Part shown: piece after piece, positions 27,026 to 35,828 of the stretch
Layout: each line of letters opens with the position of its first letter
Numbering within the stretch: the first letter of the stretch is position 1
Source of the DNA: a bacterium
GTDB lineage: Bacteria > Patescibacteriota > CPR2 > UBA1875 > JAJYID01
Length of the DNA: 64,000 nt
NCBI GenBank assembly: GCA_030647205.1
Contig: JAUSJO010000008.1
Coordinates: 28,770 to 92,769, forward strand
Direction of reading: 5' to 3'
Program-made: the position numbers and the translations under genes
Notes under the pieces: model-generated
Told to the model about the DNA's origin: nothing
The model's database searches: none
What the model saw: only the letters and a program-made list of their open reading frames with translations

Positions 27026-27099
27026 GCGGGATATATACATGGATTATTACAAACATTTAGGAATCAAGCAAAACTCTAGCTGATTATCCCTAAATAGGG

Positions 27100-27158
27100 T
27101 ATAATTATCATATCTAAAAAATTGTAGTCGGGAGGGATCCCGGCTTGTTCATTTACAA
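27100..27158 (+). promoter_or_regulatory. Promoter/5'-leader module, copy 1 (TATAAT ... atctaaaaaa ... gtcgggaGGGATCCCggcttgttcatttacaaa)
   Basis: It is nearly identical to 57452-57513. It begins at a TATAAT -10 box and contains the 8-bp palindrome GGGATCCC (27134-27141). It lies directly upstream of a 47-aa Cys-protein gene. Confidence 0.6.
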
Positions 27159-27174
27159 AGACAAAGGAGAAATC

Positions 27175-27318
27175 ATGAGTAGCGGACCTAATGCACAAAA
27201 AGCACGACGATTGTTGGAAGATAGAACTCCGGCTCGTTGTTTAACGTGTGGAATGAAACTAGCAACCATCTGGAGCAAGCATAACTGTCACATTCCTGTC
27301 GGAATCCACAAAAAGTAG
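27175..27318 (+). CDS. Small Cys-rich protein (47 aa), not in the ORF track
   Basis: SD 'aaaggaga', 8 nt upstream of the ATG. The translation MSSGPNAQKARRLLEDRTPARCLTCGMKLATIWSKHNCHIPVGIHKK has a CxxC...CxH layout. Confidence 0.35.
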   Translation: MSSGPNAQKARRLLEDRTPARCLTCGMKLATIWSKHNCHIPVGIHKK

Positions 27319-27445
27319 GAAGTGGTCTGATGAAAAAAATCAGCAAGGTAGTAAATTCACTGTCTTTACCTACGTGGTTGTGCCCGATTTGCTTTATTGT
27401 GCGGCGTTTCTTCCCGTTTTCAACACCTTCAAAGGAGTTCTCACA

Positions 27446-27634
27446 ATGGGGAAACTAAATGCAGGGTACGTAATAGCGGCAATGTTTTTCTTTGCGGCGA
27501 TCATCAGCTGGTTTAGATGGTCAGAGATTATTCTGACAATTTTCTTTGTCGTTGCAACCATATGTTTTTTCCGTTTTGGGAGATCTATCTCAAGGGCTAT
27601 CAGTGGCTCAACGAAGAGTCAAGTTAGGGAGTGA
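27446..27634 (+). CDS. Small membrane protein (62 aa)
   Basis: SD 'aaaggag' precedes the ATG at 27446. Two hydrophobic helices. The longer ORF from 27374 lacks an SD. Confidence 0.45.
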   Translation: MGKLNAGYVIAAMFFFAAIISWFRWSEIILTIFFVVATICFFRFGRSISRAISGSTKSQVRE

Positions 27635-27930
27635 TGTTCAACATGAGAGATGAAGCCGGAGAATACAAGCTGGACAAGTTGATAGATAAGGTAATCTTCG
27701 CGACGATTGAAGAAATATCAGATGACTTGCGCGAGCAGTTTTATGACCATAAGCGCCGGTCGGAAGGACAGATCAACTTCGAGGTCGGCGGCGAAACATT
27801 CTCAGTGAGGGAAGATGAGATGCCCAAAGACTTCAACGAGCAAAAGGTTTTTATCGTCAAGCGGTTCTTCGATGTCAAGTTGGATAGATACGCTGAGAAT
27901 TTGCGGAAAATGCTGAAGAGCCCCTACTAG
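27631..27930 (+). CDS. Hypothetical protein
   Basis: 99-aa ORF, translationally coupled (ATGA overlap). Confidence 0.45.
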   Translation: MMFNMRDEAGEYKLDKLIDKVIFATIEEISDDLREQFYDHKRRSEGQINFEVGGETFSVREDEMPKDFNEQKVFIVKRFFDVKLDRYAENLRKMLKSPY

Positions 27931-27958
27931 TTATACGCAAGACAAAAGGAGAAGCTCT

Positions 27959-28321
27959 ATGGACAAAGAAATGGCTAATATATTTCTGGACTTGAAAGTC
28001 GCAGAATGTATCGAGGATTTTCCTTATGACTTTCCTATGTCAGAAGAGGCAGAAAAAGAGCTTGGGATGCGTGTCGTGACATGCCTCGAAAAAATCCAAT
28101 CACCCGAAGATCTCTGGGCGATATTGCAGGCGGATGATACCAACTTCGAGCTGGCTCTTAACTACTCAACACCATTGTATGGTGCTTATGGTGGAGATAC
28201 AGTTTCCTCTGTGAGAGCCGAGGCGGGGGTTAAGTTCTGCATCCTCCACAATATCCTCTTCTTCAAGTGTCTTGAGTTACTTCCAGAGAAAAAAAGACAA
28301 GAGCATGGGGTTATCAGCTGA
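27959..28321 (+). CDS. Hypothetical protein
   Basis: 120-aa ORF with SD 'aaaggagaag'. Confidence 0.5.
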   Translation: MDKEMANIFLDLKVAECIEDFPYDFPMSEEAEKELGMRVVTCLEKIQSPEDLWAILQADDTNFELALNYSTPLYGAYGGDTVSSVRAEAGVKFCILHNILFFKCLELLPEKKRQEHGVIS

Positions 28322-28386
28322 TCAGGCAAGCTTCTAGCCCAAAAGGCCATTAAGTGTCTCCGGAGAGAGCCATGGTCTCATCTTAA

Positions 28387-28416
28387 GACCCGATTTATTT
28401 CGGGTCTTTTTCTTTT
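28387..28416 (+). terminator. Rho-independent terminator
   Basis: gacccga-tttatt-tcgggtc followed by TTTTTCTTTT. Confidence 0.7.
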
Positions 28417-28445
28417 ACCCAAAATATTTATGCTATAATATTTTC

Positions 28446-29549
28446 ATGAATAAAAAACTCAAAATTGCACTGTTTATAACAATCCCGATAATTATCTTAA
28501 TTTTAATAGGCCTATCTGTTTGGTTTTTCTGGCCAAAAAATAAGGTTACCGTTGAGGGCGTTCCTGAAGATGTAGTAAAGACTAAGCTTCAGTTTACTCA
28601 TGACATTTTTGACCCGACCAAAGTAAAGTTCGTGACACCGCTTGGTGAGCTAAACGGCGGATATGAGGAAGCGCAGACCATAAACGGTGTTTGCGTGAAT
28701 AACAAAACCGCCGAAGAGGTAGAAGTGTATGCGCCTGCTGATATGACGCTTGAGGATTACTCGTATTTTGTAGACCCTCGTCAAACACGCAAAGCAAACT
28801 GGCATCTCGGCTTTCGGATATCAAAAGACGTAAAGCTAAGCTTTGATCACATCACTTCGCCGATTGACAGTATTAGGGACGCCACTCCGCCCACACCGAC
28901 ATCGGGCTATGTACCGCCAAAGAAGAAACTGAATTTCAAGGCAGGGGAGCTGATAGCCAAGACATCAGGGACCGACCAGGCTCACAACTGGAACATTTAT
29001 TTGCGCGACACATTCACCAGTAATACTTTTGTAAATCAAGATAGATATGAAGCACTAAAGGATAGATATGACTACATAAACGCCACCTGCCCGTTTGACT
29101 ACTATGCGGACGCTAAAAAGCAGCTGTTCATCGCGCTGATGGGAGCAACCGCGCCTGGCCAGTCAAAAACTTGCGGTAATCCTTCCAAAGATGTAAAGGG
29201 GGCTATCTCGGGTATGTGGCATTTAACGAGAGACGGCGTCCAGGCAGATTATCAAGGCGAGTATGCCACGCCACTTAGTATTTACAAGGACTCTGCCGGC
29301 AAGATAGTGCTTTATGAGATAAACAAGAAACGTTCTCTCTTGGACAGCACAAACCCGACCTACAAAGATCCTGCGACTATTACAACATCTCATTGTTATG
29401 CGCTCACGGACTACGGTGAAGGTGAAAAACCAAAAGGGTATGCATACTTCAAGGTTGTGTCCGATATGGAAATGAAGCTTGCCTACAGCGGAACCGGCTC
29501 CTGCCCGACAACATTCCCGGAAGCCACCGCAAAGACTTACTATAGGTAG
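28446..29549 (+). CDS. Membrane-anchored or secreted hypothetical protein
   Basis: N-terminal TM 'LKIALFITIPIIILILIGLSVWFFW'. 367 aa, probably extracytoplasmic. Confidence 0.55.
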   Translation: MNKKLKIALFITIPIIILILIGLSVWFFWPKNKVTVEGVPEDVVKTKLQFTHDIFDPTKVKFVTPLGELNGGYEEAQTINGVCVNNKTAEEVEVYAPADMTLEDYSYFVDPRQTRKANWHLGFRISKDVKLSFDHITSPIDSIRDATPPTPTSGYVPPKKKLNFKAGELIAKTSGTDQAHNWNIYLRDTFTSNTFVNQDRYEALKDRYDYINATCPFDYYADAKKQLFIALMGATAPGQSKTCGNPSKDVKGAISGMWHLTRDGVQADYQGEYATPLSIYKDSAGKIVLYEINKKRSLLDSTNPTYKDPATITTSHCYALTDYGEGEKPKGYAYFKVVSDMEMKLAYSGTGSCPTTFPEATAKTYYR

Positions 29550-29554
29550 CGAGT

Positions 29555-30247
29555 ATGAATTTGGAAGAACTAAAAAATGACCTGCGAAGCTTAGCCGACA
29601 AAAGTAGAATCCCTGACTATCAGAGATTCTTCAAGACCGGAAAAGGCGAGTACGGTGAGGGGGATATTTTTCTCGGCATTGTGGTCCCGAATATCAGGAA
29701 AGTAGCCAGGAAATATAAGGAACTAGATGTTGCCGATATTTCAAAACTCGTGAGTTCACAGGTTCATGAGGAGAGATTCTGTGCGCTTGTTATCATGACT
29801 TTACGATATCCAAAAGATAAAGACACTTTTTATAATTTATACCTTCAAAATTTGAAATACATAAACAACTGGGATTTGGTAGATGTTACGTGCCCTCGTA
29901 TTGTTGGCGACTATCTACTAGATAAACCCCGATATATTCTATACAAATTTGCAAAGTCACAGAACCTCTGGCAAAAGCGCATCGCCATCATCTCAACGTT
30001 TATGTTTATCAGAAATGATGACTTTGATGATACTTTAAATCTTTCAGAAATACTTTTGCACGATAAGCATGATCTCATCCACAAAGCGGTTGGTTGGAGC
30101 TTAAGGGAGGTAGGAAACAGGGCAAAGGTGGTAGAGGTGGATTTTCTGAAGAGACACTACAAAACCATGCCCAGAACGGCACTAAGGTATGCAATCGAAA
30201 AATTTCCGGAAGATGAGAGGAAGAAGTACCTAAAAGGAGATATATAG
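29555..30247 (+). CDS. DNA alkylation repair protein (AlkD/AlkC-like HEAT-repeat glycosylase family)
   Basis: 'IPDYQRFFKTGKGEYGEGDIFLGIVVPNIRKVARK' matches the family signature (FFKTGxGEYGEGDxFLGVxxPxxR). Confidence 0.75.
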   Translation: MNLEELKNDLRSLADKSRIPDYQRFFKTGKGEYGEGDIFLGIVVPNIRKVARKYKELDVADISKLVSSQVHEERFCALVIMTLRYPKDKDTFYNLYLQNLKYINNWDLVDVTCPRIVGDYLLDKPRYILYKFAKSQNLWQKRIAIISTFMFIRNDDFDDTLNLSEILLHDKHDLIHKAVGWSLREVGNRAKVVEVDFLKRHYKTMPRTALRYAIEKFPEDERKKYLKGDI

Positions 30248-30395
30248 TTATTTTTGGCAGTACTATAGGCTGATTGGCGAACTTAAATTATATTGACAAT
30301 AGGAAATGTTTATGTTATTATATGGAAATACTTATTTCAAAAAAGAGATAAGAGAATCTTTATAAAAATCTAAAAAACCTTTGGAGGTGAGGCGG

Positions 30396-31196
30396 ATGCC
30401 TTCTCATTTTGAGAAAGCAGACCGAGGACTCAAGGCAAGCGGGGACGAGACTTTGTCAGAAAAGATGTTTTCCGCGATACTGGTACTGGCAATCGTCTAC
30501 CTTTTCTTCCCTGAAGCGATGCCCTTTAAGTTCTTCGAACTGTGGGGTATCAGAGGAAATGACGGTCCCATTGACTGGGTCCTGTCATCGTGGCCCATAC
30601 TTATTTGGGCTATAGCCGCTACCTCTTATTGTTTCCTGACCAGAAATCGTCAGGATGTCAACGACAGGGCTGAGGAGATGCTTGCAAAAGGCACACTAGT
30701 GAGTCTGTTTGCAGGCGTGGTGGAAGAAGTATGTTTCCGCTGGATACTGTTTCTGAGCTGTATCGTGGGAGCCATGGTAGGTAATTTTCTCTTCTTTGGC
30801 TTCCTGGGCTTCGGTATCGTTGAAGCAGTCCAGGTCCATATTTTGGGACCGATTGCTGACTTTTTCACCTTCGGTCACCTGAGTATATACTTGGGGAGTC
30901 CCACAAACTGGGCGATCGGAGCGGCGATCCTGTCAGCGAATGCGTTTTTCAGGAATGGCCACAAGTACCTTGGACCTCTGGGTTTCGTGAATAGCTGGTT
31001 TATTGGCATGTTCATGTTTATCCTGCTCTTTAGGTACGGACTGCTTGCCTGTATCCTGGTGCATTTCCTGTACGACTTCCTGATTTTCTCCATTCTCTAT
31101 ATTGATCGTGTTATTGAGAGAAGGTTCGGACTGGGCCTCCCGTCCAAGAGAACCGCTCCGGTCAGCTGGCTGGAAGACTTGATGGAAGAGGAGTAA
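30396..31196 (+). CDS. CPBP family intramembrane metalloprotease (CAAX protease/Abi)
   Basis: Motif 1 'VVEEVCFRWILF' (EExxxR), motif 2 'FxxxH'-like 'FTFGHL', motif 3 'HFLYDF'. The start is set to the ATG at 30396, which follows SD 'ggaggtgagg'. Confidence 0.8.
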   Translation: MPSHFEKADRGLKASGDETLSEKMFSAILVLAIVYLFFPEAMPFKFFELWGIRGNDGPIDWVLSSWPILIWAIAATSYCFLTRNRQDVNDRAEEMLAKGTLVSLFAGVVEEVCFRWILFLSCIVGAMVGNFLFFGFLGFGIVEAVQVHILGPIADFFTFGHLSIYLGSPTNWAIGAAILSANAFFRNGHKYLGPLGFVNSWFIGMFMFILLFRYGLLACILVHFLYDFLIFSILYIDRVIERRFGLGLPSKRTAPVSWLEDLMEEE

Positions 31197-31219
31197 GGTT
31201 ATTAGATTAGTGTAAAGAA

Positions 31220-31249
31220 AGGGGCTGCATGTTTTGCGGCCCCTTTTTC
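31220..31249 (+). terminator. Rho-independent terminator
   Basis: aggggctgc-atgttt-tgcggcccct followed by TTTTT. Confidence 0.7.
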
Positions 31250-31322
31250 AATTGAATTTTTACTTTAAATAAAGTATAGTTACTCAAAGAGGGGGTTTCC
31301 CTCATTTTTATTTGAGAGTACC

Positions 31323-31694
31323 TTGGACAATGTTGACTACTTCCGAGAGAGGAGAGTTATGAGCAGACATTCTCATGTAGAAAAAGGATGGGGAATAGCA
31401 GTATCGTACTACTGTGATGGCTGCGGTCATGAAATCGAGTCTGATAATGGGTATGGTTTCGAATGGCCAGCCATAAAGGTTGAAGGATCGTATTTCTGCT
31501 ATGGCTGCTTAAAAACTGCTCTCAAACTTGGTGCTATTGTCGCCAGAGATGAAGAGCACAAGGAAACGATACTCAAAGGGCAGCGTCTGGAGGATTGGGA
31601 TGAGGGCAACCGGATTATGACCGAAAAGGATGGAGAAAGACCATTTTACTTTGCAGACGGTGTGAAAGATCATTTACTACAAACTATCAGTTGA
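31323..31694 (+). CDS. Hypothetical protein with Cys pairs (possible zinc ribbon)
   Basis: 'YCDGCGHEIE ... CYGC'. 123 aa. Confidence 0.45.
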   Translation: MDNVDYFRERRVMSRHSHVEKGWGIAVSYYCDGCGHEIESDNGYGFEWPAIKVEGSYFCYGCLKTALKLGAIVARDEEHKETILKGQRLEDWDEGNRIMTEKDGERPFYFADGVKDHLLQTIS

Positions 31695-31706
31695 AAGGGG
31701 ATGATA

Positions 31707-31859
31707 ATGTCAACCAGATGCGAATGCACACACCCGATTCCCGAAGGACGTGGCTACTGTTTCAGGTGCGGTTACCCAATGGGGGTAGAAGCTTCCAAAA
31801 GGGCCAAAGCTGACAGAGCGGCGAAGGAAGCAGAAGAGGAAAGCCAAAAGGCCGGTTAA
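31707..31859 (+). CDS. Small zinc-ribbon protein (50 aa), not in the ORF track
   Basis: SD 'aaagggg'. The translation MSTRCECTHPIPEGRGYCFRCGYPMG... has CxC...CxxC followed by a basic or acidic tail. Confidence 0.3.
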   Translation: MSTRCECTHPIPEGRGYCFRCGYPMGVEASKRAKADRAAKEAEEESQKAG

Positions 31860-31891
31860 ACGGTAAGAACAAGGAAGAATGTCAATTTGCA

Positions 31892-31927
31892 AAGCCCCAG
31901 GTCGAAAGACCCGGGGCTTTTCTTTTT
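31892..31927 (+). terminator. Rho-independent terminator
   Basis: agccccaggtc-gaaa-gacccggggct followed by TTTCTTTTT. Confidence 0.7.
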
Positions 31928-32016
31928 GGGCAAATAACTATTCTCCGGAAAAGTAGTATCTCAGCTGTCCTTTTTCTTTACGCATGCTATAATTAGCCTA
32001 TTAAGAAGGATTTTTT

Positions 32017-32853
32017 ATGTATTCACCTGATAATTTTTTAAATCTGTTCCAAGGAAAAGATTATAGTACAGAAGAAGAACTAGAAAATGACTTTAAGGGC
32101 AAGATAACAGGCTTGTTTAATATCTCTAGCCAACGTTTGAAATCTCAACATCTGACAACTTCATTCGACAAAAGGCTTAGCAATAAAAGTGATGTTATTA
32201 TTTGGGGAGAAGATGACCCAGATCTAGCGCTTGTCATTTTTGAACTTAAAATTGAAAAATCAATCAGACAGTTTAAAAAAGGGAGTTATGAGGATGCAAA
32301 GAAGCAACTTCACTTATATTGCCAAGACATGAGAGCCGCTTATGGTGTCCTTTTGTCTGAAAAGAAATGCTGGATATTTAGATATGACTACAGGGGATCA
32401 AAAACAAGTCATACCGAAGTGAAAATATTACCATTATTAAACCAGATTGAAAATGAGATGACCGCAAGTGTTTCAGAAGAAGTGGATCTTAGAAGAATGG
32501 CAAAGAGGAAAGATGGTATAGAGAAGGGTCTTCTTGAAAAAAGTGCTCAAATAAGGCTAGAAACAAACAGTAGACTCGGCAAAGAAAGAGAAAGACACAA
32601 AAAGTTACTTAAATTTTATACATTTATGGCGATGGGTGCTGTCGTAATATTTTTCATAGTAGGAGGTTATTTCTATAAAGGTGCAGCTTGCGATATTAAA
32701 GGTAATACTTCTCAAAATGGTGACAAGATATATCATACAAAAGAAAGCCCCTCTTATTCCAAAGTTAAGATTGACCCAAAATATGGCGAAAAAATGTTTT
32801 GTTCTGAGAAAGAGGCTGTTAACGCTGGTTTTAGAAAATGGCAAAGCAAGTAG
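32017..32853 (+). CDS. Hypothetical protein with an N-terminal PD-(D/E)xK-like motif, one TM segment and a C-terminal conserved YH...C...AGFR motif
   Basis: 'IIWGEDDPDLALVIFELKIEKS' fits the D...ExK nuclease core. 'KKLLKFYTFMAMGAVVIFFIVGGYF' is a TM segment. The C-terminus 'IYHTKESPSYSKVKIDPKYGEKMFCSEKEAVNAGFRKW' is a recurring bacterial C-terminal motif. Confidence 0.5.
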   Translation: MYSPDNFLNLFQGKDYSTEEELENDFKGKITGLFNISSQRLKSQHLTTSFDKRLSNKSDVIIWGEDDPDLALVIFELKIEKSIRQFKKGSYEDAKKQLHLYCQDMRAAYGVLLSEKKCWIFRYDYRGSKTSHTEVKILPLLNQIENEMTASVSEEVDLRRMAKRKDGIEKGLLEKSAQIRLETNSRLGKERERHKKLLKFYTFMAMGAVVIFFIVGGYFYKGAACDIKGNTSQNGDKIYHTKESPSYSKVKIDPKYGEKMFCSEKEAVNAGFRKWQSK

Positions 32854-32900
32854 CAGCTCATCTGTCTTTTTTCTTACCCTTGTGCTAAAATAAGGGCATT

Positions 32901-35000
32901 ATGGACGCAAACAAGTCAGACATTAAAGATTTTATATATACCCCGGGTAGGTTTTTTAAAATTCCTGATTTCCAAAGACCGTATTCTTGGGATAAGGTGA
33001 ATGTCTTAAACTTCCTAGAAGACTTGAAGCAAGCAGTCAAGACAAACCAGAAGCATTTTTTCGGTAGTGTAGTATACGTGAACGAAGGGGACGAAAATAG
33101 CACGATTATAGATGGTCAGCAAAGAGTGACAACAGTCGTTTTAATGCTTACTGCAATTTACCATATTTTATTGGATAATCCCGAAAAAAGCACGATGCAT
33201 TCAGATGAGATCCTTGAAAACTATCTTTTTAACAAAAAAGATTATTATAAAGAGAAAAACCGGATCAAACTAAGAACTGTTACTACTGACGATGAAATCT
33301 ATAAACAAATATTTGAACGGGCCAACATTAGTAGTAACTGCAGGGAAAGTAAACTCTATAGATCATATGAAATATTTTACGAGCACTTTAAGGGCCAACA
33401 AAGTTTGGAAGATTATGTCAAAGGCCTTGCTTGCTTCCAAATAGTAAAGATTTTTCTGGACTCTACCGATGACAATCCACAGAAAGTTTTTGAAAGCATC
33501 AACTCAACCGGGAAGCCCCTAACCGATGGTGACAAGATCCGAAACTTTGCGTTGATGCTCAACAATAGCGAGGCCAGAGAAATGGTGTTGAACAAATATT
33601 GGAAACTCATAGAGTCTGAGCTAACCGAAATAAATAAGGATTATATCTCAGATTTCTTTAAATACCTATTAACGGCAAAACTACAAAGAGACGTAAAAAT
33701 TGATCAGGTTTATCCAGAGTTTAAAAAACTGTTTTATTCAAAAATCGATGACCGTCAAGACGATAAAGATAAACTGGAAGAATTCTACGGTGATATTCTT
33801 AATAACTTAGATTATTATAGCTTCTTAAAATTCAATAAAGACGAGGATAACGACTATAAACTAGTTAGTGATAAAGGGTTCAGGCTCAACTACCTTAAAG
33901 TAGAAACTCATTTCCCGTTTTTGATGAGCGTACTTGCGGAATATAAATCAAAAAAGATCGATGATGAAACACTGGTTAGAATTTTTGATATTCTGGAAAG
34001 TTTTCTTGCCAGGAGAATCATTTGTAATATTTACTCAACTGGTTTAAATAAGTTTTTTGCCGTTTTGCACAGAGAGATTGCCACCTATCAATCAGAATAT
34101 CCTGGTAGCAACTATGCAGATGTTTTTGCGTATATTTTGGCTAACAAAACTGGTGATTTAAGGTTCCCAAAGCATCTCGAGATAGAGGACAACTTAGAAA
34201 ACAACGAATTTTATACACAAAAAGGCATATATGTTAGATATATCCTAAGTTCAGTTGATGACAGTTCAAAGGAATCAAAGATTTTGAGACAAATCTCGGA
34301 AGGAACTCTGCCTCTCACGATTGAGCATATAATGCCGCAGACACTTAACAACGCTTGGAAAAAAGAGTTGGGACCAACCTATGATCAGATACATGATAAG
34401 TATTTGCATACTTTGCCAAACCTTACTTTGACGGGATATAACTCAAAATATTCCAACAACTCATTTAAAGACAAGAAGACAATTGAAAATGGTTTTATGG
34501 ATAGCCCACTAGTTATAAACCAGTTCATTAAAAAACTCGATATTTGGGATCTAAAGGCACTACAAAAAAGAACAAAGTGGTGGCTCAAGCAGATTGATAA
34601 GGTTTGGCCAGTCCCAGAAACCAAGTTCGCTCCAAAGATTCAAGAGACAGAAATAATTTTTGCCGAGGATGATCTCATGGGAGCAAAGATTAAAGCGATA
34701 AAGATTTTTGGGGAAACATATGACTGCAAAAACTGGATAGCTGCATACAAGTTAATACTAGAAAAGTTATTCGAAAACGAGCCAGAAATCTTCAACTGTG
34801 TTGTCTCGGACGAGTTTTTACCTAGATATATAAAAACTACAGAAGATGATTTACTAGAACCGAGGGAAATTACTGGAACACCATACTATTTTGAGGCTAG
34901 TTTAAATAATAACTACAAAAGAGATGTAGTCGCTGCATTGCTAGAATATGCAGAGATTAGTCCATCGGAAATAACGGTACTGTTGGATGAGAAAGCTTAA
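32901..35000 (+). CDS. GmrSD-like type IV restriction or anti-phage enzyme (N-terminal DUF262 ParB-like NTPase, C-terminal DUF1524 His-Me nuclease)
   Basis: DUF262 motifs 'IPDFQRPYSW' and 'IIDGQQRVTT'. The C-terminal 'TIEHIMPQT...' region resembles the DUF1524 HNH-like core. 699 aa. Confidence 0.8.
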   Translation: MDANKSDIKDFIYTPGRFFKIPDFQRPYSWDKVNVLNFLEDLKQAVKTNQKHFFGSVVYVNEGDENSTIIDGQQRVTTVVLMLTAIYHILLDNPEKSTMHSDEILENYLFNKKDYYKEKNRIKLRTVTTDDEIYKQIFERANISSNCRESKLYRSYEIFYEHFKGQQSLEDYVKGLACFQIVKIFLDSTDDNPQKVFESINSTGKPLTDGDKIRNFALMLNNSEAREMVLNKYWKLIESELTEINKDYISDFFKYLLTAKLQRDVKIDQVYPEFKKLFYSKIDDRQDDKDKLEEFYGDILNNLDYYSFLKFNKDEDNDYKLVSDKGFRLNYLKVETHFPFLMSVLAEYKSKKIDDETLVRIFDILESFLARRIICNIYSTGLNKFFAVLHREIATYQSEYPGSNYADVFAYILANKTGDLRFPKHLEIEDNLENNEFYTQKGIYVRYILSSVDDSSKESKILRQISEGTLPLTIEHIMPQTLNNAWKKELGPTYDQIHDKYLHTLPNLTLTGYNSKYSNNSFKDKKTIENGFMDSPLVINQFIKKLDIWDLKALQKRTKWWLKQIDKVWPVPETKFAPKIQETEIIFAEDDLMGAKIKAIKIFGETYDCKNWIAAYKLILEKLFENEPEIFNCVVSDEFLPRYIKTTEDDLLEPREITGTPYYFEASLNNNYKRDVVAALLEYAEISPSEITVLLDEKA

Positions 35001-35011
35001 TAAATAAAACT

Positions 35012-35734
35012 ATGGCAAGAAAACTATACGATCCGAAATCAAAAGAACAGTTTAAAATCAGCCGTACAGGTATAGAGAACTATATCCGTTGTCCGAGGTG
35101 TTTTTATATGAACCAGCGTCTTGGTATAGGTCAGCCGGGCGGATATCCTTTCACTTTAAACTCCGCCGTAGATCATCTTTTGAAAAAGGAGTTCGACATT
35201 CACAGAGCTGGCGCTACCACGCATCCTTTGATGAAACATTATGGTATAGATGCGGTTCCCTTCCAACATGAAGATATGGACAAGTGGCGTCACAACTTCA
35301 CTGGAGTCCAATATATACATAAATCAACAGGATTTTTGATATATGGCGCCGTTGATGATGTCTGGGTGGATCCAAACGGCCAGATCATGGTAGTTGACTA
35401 CAAAGCAACCTCAAAGGATGGGGAAGTAAATCTCGATGCCGAGTGGCAGGACGGGTACAAAAGACAAATGGAAATATATCAGTGGCTTCTCAGGCAAAAC
35501 GGATTCAAAGTTTCGGATACAGGATATTTTGTATATGCTAATGGGCAGAAAGACAGAAAAGCATTTGATGCAAAGCTAGAGTTTGATATCAAAATAATCC
35601 CTTATACGGGAAGTGACGGATGGGTTGAAAAAGCTATAATGGACGCAAAAAAATGTCTAGACTCTGGAGATATCCCTGACTACACTGAGGGTTGTGACTT
35701 CTGTAAGTATCAAAAAGCACTCAAACAACTTTAG
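35012..35734 (+). CDS. PD-(D/E)xK nuclease, Cas4/RecB-like with four Cys (possible Fe-S cluster)
   Basis: N-terminal 'CPRCFY', 'VDDVWVD...MVVDYKATSK' (D/EVK core), 'QMEIYQWLL' (QxxxY), and C-terminal 'CDFCKY'. There are no cas genes in the window. Confidence 0.65.
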   Translation: MARKLYDPKSKEQFKISRTGIENYIRCPRCFYMNQRLGIGQPGGYPFTLNSAVDHLLKKEFDIHRAGATTHPLMKHYGIDAVPFQHEDMDKWRHNFTGVQYIHKSTGFLIYGAVDDVWVDPNGQIMVVDYKATSKDGEVNLDAEWQDGYKRQMEIYQWLLRQNGFKVSDTGYFVYANGQKDRKAFDAKLEFDIKIIPYTGSDGWVEKAIMDAKKCLDSGDIPDYTEGCDFCKYQKALKQL

Positions 35735-35828
35735 AAATTCCTTAGAATAAGGTATTTATTAACTGCTTTGTACACTGGATTTTCCTTCCAAAGAAGAGTA
35801 AAATATAAGCACTAAATGAGGGAATTTT

